From the IMG/VR virus record IMGVR_UViG_3300042319_002356, positions 26,768 to 90,767 of that record: a stretch of 64,000 bases of DNA; one strand, written 5' to 3'. The notes under the pieces were generated by a model, which was given only the letters and a program-made list of their open reading frames with translations, did no database searches and was not told where the DNA came from. The stretch comes from a virus. Each line of letters opens with the position of its first letter. Position 1 is the stretch's first letter. A program made the translations under genes and the position numbers. Below, piece after piece: positions 60,017 to 64,000 of the stretch.

Positions 60017-60361
60017 ATGATGAACCTTTTTTTTGGTATAATATTGGTGATTATTGGTCAGTTCTTAGCATTTATTCAAATGCAAGGACACTATAAGTTC
60101 CCTTGGCTTAAAAGTAATTTATGGTTTGGAGTATTGTTGGGTATTCCTATATCTGCAATCTTTATGCTTGGTATACATTTATTAATAAAGTATTATGATA
60201 ATACTATGTGGCCAAGTAGGATTATAGGATTTTCAATTGGAACCACAGTGTATGCGATTATGGCGTATACTTGGTTTAACGAACAAATAACCACAAAAAC
60301 ATCAATTTGTTTATTCTTGTCACTACTTATCATCTTGGTTCAGGTTTTCTGGAAAGAATGA
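60017..60361 (+). CDS. Four-TM membrane protein (SMR/DMT-like size)
   Basis: Hydrophobicity pattern. Confidence 0.65.
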   Translation: MMNLFFGIILVIIGQFLAFIQMQGHYKFPWLKSNLWFGVLLGIPISAIFMLGIHLLIKYYDNTMWPSRIIGFSIGTTVYAIMAYTWFNEQITTKTSICLFLSLLIILVQVFWKE

Positions 60362-60373
60362 TATTTATAATAT

Positions 60374-62539
60374 ATGAAAGAAATATTGTCTGAGGGTGGT
60401 ATTAGGAATATCAACCAATTAAAGAAAGATTTTAAAAACGCAAAAATATTTTACCATATAGATTTAGATGGTGTTACTTCAGCTTTGGCTATGAAAAAAT
60501 ACCTTGAAGATAAGGGATTTAAAGTCATCGGATGTGAAGGAATACAATATGGTGATAAAGAATATTCGGTTGAAAAGTCGGACCCGGCAATCAATCTAAT
60601 GAATGTATTGGTGGATTTTGCTCACGGAAAACCAATGTTTCACATTATGACTGACCACCACGACAGACAAGCTGGTGTTGAGAAAGATACCTCAACATCA
60701 TTCAGACATGCAAGGTCAAACGTTGAAACTCTTTCCCAAATTATCCCAACTGCTGAAATATTCCCACCAGAAGACGTTAAGATTATCTCAATGGTGGATA
60801 GTGCCGATTATGCTAGAAATGAAGTAACACCTGAAATGGTTATGAACTATATCTTTGACTTTGATAAGGATAAAGGATTGGCGAATAACAAATTAGTTTT
60901 AGGATTGGTTACAAATAAAATGTTATTGGCGTTTAAGAACAAACCACAATTCTTGGACACACTTGTGATGGAATGTAAACCATCACTTATGTCAATATAT
61001 CAAAAGATTAGTCAGGTAGTTAAAGAAAGGGGATTTCCTGGTAGAGAAACTCTTGAAAAGAATAAGGAGATGTATGTTACGTCTATGAAGAATTCTCCTA
61101 ACGTTCAGGTGGATGGACCAATATTAGTTCAGTATGGTGGTGGTAATATGATGAAACCAGGTTCATACGATAGATATACTCCATTCAGAAATAATCCTGA
61201 AGCTGATTTCTTGGTAATCGCTTGGCCATTAGGTTTATTACAAGCATCTTGTAATCCTTTCAAGAAAGAAAGAGAACTTAAAGGTGTTAATCTTGGTGAG
61301 ATTGCTCAAGAAGTATTAAGTAAATGGGAAGGACAGTTGAAGGAAAGAGATGTTAAGTTATCAACTATTAAATGGATTTCAGAATCTTCAAAAGATTTTG
61401 GAGACCAATCTGTAGGATTTACATATAAAGATTTCTTGGCGTTATACAGTGAGAAGTACAGTGTAATGGAAAATGGTGAAAAGTTCTTGGATATCATTTT
61501 TGATTTAATGGAGAAACCATTCTCAAAGTTATCTGAAAAAGAATTAGAGGTATTAGATAGGATTACAGTACCGGCTTGGGATTTAATACAAGCAAACTCT
61601 GGTGGACACAAATGTATTACGAATATATCAGGTCTTAATTTCTTAGGTAGAAGTAATAGACCACCATCAGGAGGTTATAGATATAATTCTGAAAGTGAAG
61701 ATTCACCTTACATTAAGTTCTTAAAAATGTTACAAAAAGAATTTGTTAAGGTTCTTAAAAATAAAATTGATGAATCAAAAGCAGGTAAAAATTTAGAAGA
61801 GAGTATCATTGATAGAGTTAAAAAAAAAATATTAAAAGAACAAACTACTATTCCTGACATTACCTCAGGAGATACCCAAGATACAAAAAAAGAACCTGAT
61901 TTTGAAGATGTTGATTTAGATAAGCTTGATAAACAAAAACTACAAGGTGAAAATCTATTTAAGTTATTATTGATTATTTTCGGGATTGGAAAACTAGCAT
62001 CCCCAAAGGGTAGAGAGTTCCTTAAAAAAATAAAATCAAAATTAATGGGAGTTTCTGATGAAGAAATCTCAGGTGAATCAAATGTTTTAGGATTTCCTTT
62101 GAGTGAATATAAGGATAGATTATGTAATGGTTGCACGTATGGAAAACCAAGAGATGGTGGAAAGAGAAGTCATGCGGGAATTGATTTGGCTGCAAGTTCT
62201 GGAACTGAAGTACTGGCTCCTTTAGATGGGACAGTAACTGATTCTGAAATTAGAGACAATGCTTGTGGTGGAACAATTGCCATTGAACATGGTGAGATAG
62301 ATGGACATGAAACTAAAACTAGATATTGTCATATTAAAGAACTTAAAGTTAAGAAGGGAGATAAGGTTAAGAAAGGTGATGTGATAGGTATTAGTGGCGG
62401 AGATAGTGATGACGTTGGAAGAGGTTCAAGTAGTGGTGCTCACCTACACTTTGAACTTTATAAAGACGGAAACCATTTGGACCCTAAAGAATATGTGTTA
62501 GCACCAAACGAAGAAGGTAGAAAGAAACTATGGACTTAA
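60374..62539 (+). CDS. DHH-like phosphoesterase fused to an M23 peptidase
   Basis: HIDLDG, VDF, DHH and GGH; C-terminal HAGID and HLHFE. Confidence 0.8.
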   Translation: MKEILSEGGIRNINQLKKDFKNAKIFYHIDLDGVTSALAMKKYLEDKGFKVIGCEGIQYGDKEYSVEKSDPAINLMNVLVDFAHGKPMFHIMTDHHDRQAGVEKDTSTSFRHARSNVETLSQIIPTAEIFPPEDVKIISMVDSADYARNEVTPEMVMNYIFDFDKDKGLANNKLVLGLVTNKMLLAFKNKPQFLDTLVMECKPSLMSIYQKISQVVKERGFPGRETLEKNKEMYVTSMKNSPNVQVDGPILVQYGGGNMMKPGSYDRYTPFRNNPEADFLVIAWPLGLLQASCNPFKKERELKGVNLGEIAQEVLSKWEGQLKERDVKLSTIKWISESSKDFGDQSVGFTYKDFLALYSEKYSVMENGEKFLDIIFDLMEKPFSKLSEKELEVLDRITVPAWDLIQANSGGHKCITNISGLNFLGRSNRPPSGGYRYNSESEDSPYIKFLKMLQKEFVKVLKNKIDESKAGKNLEESIIDRVKKKILKEQTTIPDITSGDTQDTKKEPDFEDVDLDKLDKQKLQGENLFKLLLIIFGIGKLASPKGREFLKKIKSKLMGVSDEEISGESNVLGFPLSEYKDRLCNGCTYGKPRDGGKRSHAGIDLAASSGTEVLAPLDGTVTDSEIRDNACGGTIAIEHGEIDGHETKTRYCHIKELKVKKGDKVKKGDVIGISGGDSDDVGRGSSSGAHLHFELYKDGNHLDPKEYVLAPNEEGRKKLWT

Positions 62540-62874
62540 TCTATTTTGATTGAGTCACCTTCTGTAATACCCCAAGTATCACATAACCCACCAGGAACTT
62601 CTAAAACCATATCGGCGTTATCACATTGAAAATGTTTACATTCTTCAGTATAACAAGGTTGACAATCCCGAGCAATTTCCGTAATTTTATTATCTGAAAT
62701 AAAGATAATATCTAAAGGTATGATACATCCCTTCATCCAAAATGATTGAGGACCTGGGTTTAGATAAAACAACATTCCAAGATAATTGGAGTCAAATTTC
62801 TTACCCATCATACCTTCTGAATTATTCTCAGATGGAATTGCTTTAATTTTGTAATCTTTAATTTTAATAACCAT
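62536..62874 (-). CDS. DUF192-family protein
   Basis: GMLF, FWMK, PLDIIFI and VLEVPGG motifs. Confidence 0.85.
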   Translation of the reverse strand: MVIKIKDYKIKAIPSENNSEGMMGKKFDSNYLGMLFYLNPGPQSFWMKGCIIPLDIIFISDNKITEIARDCQPCYTEECKHFQCDNADMVLEVPGGLCDTWGITEGDSIKID

Positions 62875-62895
62875 ATTTAATAATAAATATCAAGT

Positions 62896-63303
62896 ATGAA
62901 ACAATCGTCAGGAATTATTGTAAAATGTAATAACAGAATCCTTGTATGCCAGAGGTCCACTGAAAATTCTGAAGGCGGAAAATGGGCAATACCTATGGGT
63001 GGAATTGAAGAAGGGGAGAGACCTGAAGATGCTGCTTACAGAGAATTCCATGAGGAGATGGGGGTAGAAATTGAAGGAGGGTTGCAATCTTTGGGGTATA
63101 TTAATCGGTATAATAAACAAGGAGGATTAAAAAGTATTCTTTATTTGTTTATGTATGAAACAAATGATGAGTTAATTCCAAACCTTGAGTTGGCAATGGA
63201 TGGACACGAGCATACTGAATGTGGGTATATGACTAAGGAACAAATTGAGGGATTATACATGTCAGATTCAATAAAAGAAGCAATTTTAAAGAAACTTCAA
63301 TAA
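62896..63303 (+). CDS. Nudix hydrolase
   Basis: Nudix box GGIEEGERPEDAAYREFHEEMG. Confidence 0.9.
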   Translation: MKQSSGIIVKCNNRILVCQRSTENSEGGKWAIPMGGIEEGERPEDAAYREFHEEMGVEIEGGLQSLGYINRYNKQGGLKSILYLFMYETNDELIPNLELAMDGHEHTECGYMTKEQIEGLYMSDSIKEAILKKLQ

Positions 63304-63318
63304 TTTTCAGATATTTAT

Positions 63319-63560
63319 TTGACACTACCAAATATTTGCCGTAAGTTTGTAAAAGATTTGACACTCATAGGGAATGAAAGATACTCGGTAGTCAAAAAGA
63401 AAAAAAACTTTACAAAAAGTTTGACAAATTGAAAAAGATGTTGTAAGTTTGTAAAGAATTTGAGATTAAGGTTCACAAAGTGGTAAAACGATGAAAGTTT
63501 CCAAATCTCAAAAAAAGTTAACAAATAACTTGACAAATAGAAATAAATGTCGTAAATTTG
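63319..63560 (+). promoter_or_regulatory. Three tandem host-type promoters
   Basis: TTGACA-17 nt-TAA(G/A)TTTG at 63319, 63421 and 63530. Confidence 0.8.
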
Positions 63561-63599
63561 TAAAACAATTCGGAAATGTCCGATTCGTTCTTTGAAAAA

Positions 63600-64000
63600 A
63601 TAGATTATCCATTCAGTGAAAGTAATCCTTCGGGATGATGATAACTGATAAACGATAATGGGCCGTGTATGGTCCTTAAATAAACTACGAAAGTAGGATA
63701 AAGTGGTCTCCCCCGTGTTGAGGAGATTGCGGTTTGAAACACCGAAAGGTGAATTGAACTCAAGTACACAAGTGGGATATCACAACACCGTAAGTACCGA
63801 GGATAACTTCGTAGGGAAAATGGTGGGGTGACCTGGCAAAGTAGATTGTCAGGTTGAACTCGGAAGAGTAATAAGAATAACCCATAGGAACTCTGTAAGA
63901 AATGTGACCATCCAGTTACACTATTGCGGGTCCCAATATGATAGAGGACTTAAAACCGAAAGGTAAGATAGAGAACGAGTGGTGTCGCTACTATCCCTAA
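63600..64000 (+). ncRNA. Large structured RNA continuing beyond the window
   Basis: No ORF; many GNRA/UUCG hairpins (ATCC-TTCG-GGAT, CTAC-GAAA-GTAG, CACC-GAAA-GGTG). Confidence 0.65.

Noticed and set aside
1-64000. Alternative genetic code (stop-codon reassignment)
   Set aside because: Conserved genes are full length in code 11, TGA and TAG end genes at sensible positions, and there is no clear suppressor tRNA.
1-64000. Bacterial chromosome origin
   Set aside because: Housekeeping-like genes are isolated among phage-type hypotheticals, an RNA ligase, homing endonucleases and atypical tRNAs, with no host operon context. A phage origin is inferred, not proven, because no capsid or terminase gene is in the window.

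Overview
This AT-rich 64 kb window looks like part of a very large (jumbo/huge) tailed phage of a Bacteroidota host. The evidence is Bacteroidota-type TAnnTTTG promoters, A-rich translation starts without Shine-Dalgarno sequences, T9SS C-terminal-domain proteins and an Hc1-like protein. It uses the standard genetic code and contains no recognisable structural or replication core genes. The accessory genes include chaperones and a protease (DnaK, DnaJ, ClpP, a UVR-motif protein), GlnII, Trx/Grx, three DNA methyltransferases (one in a probable R-M pair), an RNA-repair set, a five- to six-gene two-component signalling operon and homing-type endonucleases. There are 18 tRNA genes, one carrying a group I intron, five anticodon-less tRNA-like RNAs and several unexplained structured RNAs. 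The top candidate for a new system is a ribosome-dependent attenuator at 38016-38187. Its 37-codon leader contains the run GQAWFTIKGQD plus a nearby Pro, which names exactly the ten tRNAs transcribed immediately downstream, suggesting a tRNA-depletion sensor that switches on the phage tRNA operon. The second candidate is three paralogous small genes whose 3' ends contain Cas13b-repeat-like repeat-spacer-repeat units with a 65-67 nt period. All family assignments come from reading motifs by eye; no searches were run.
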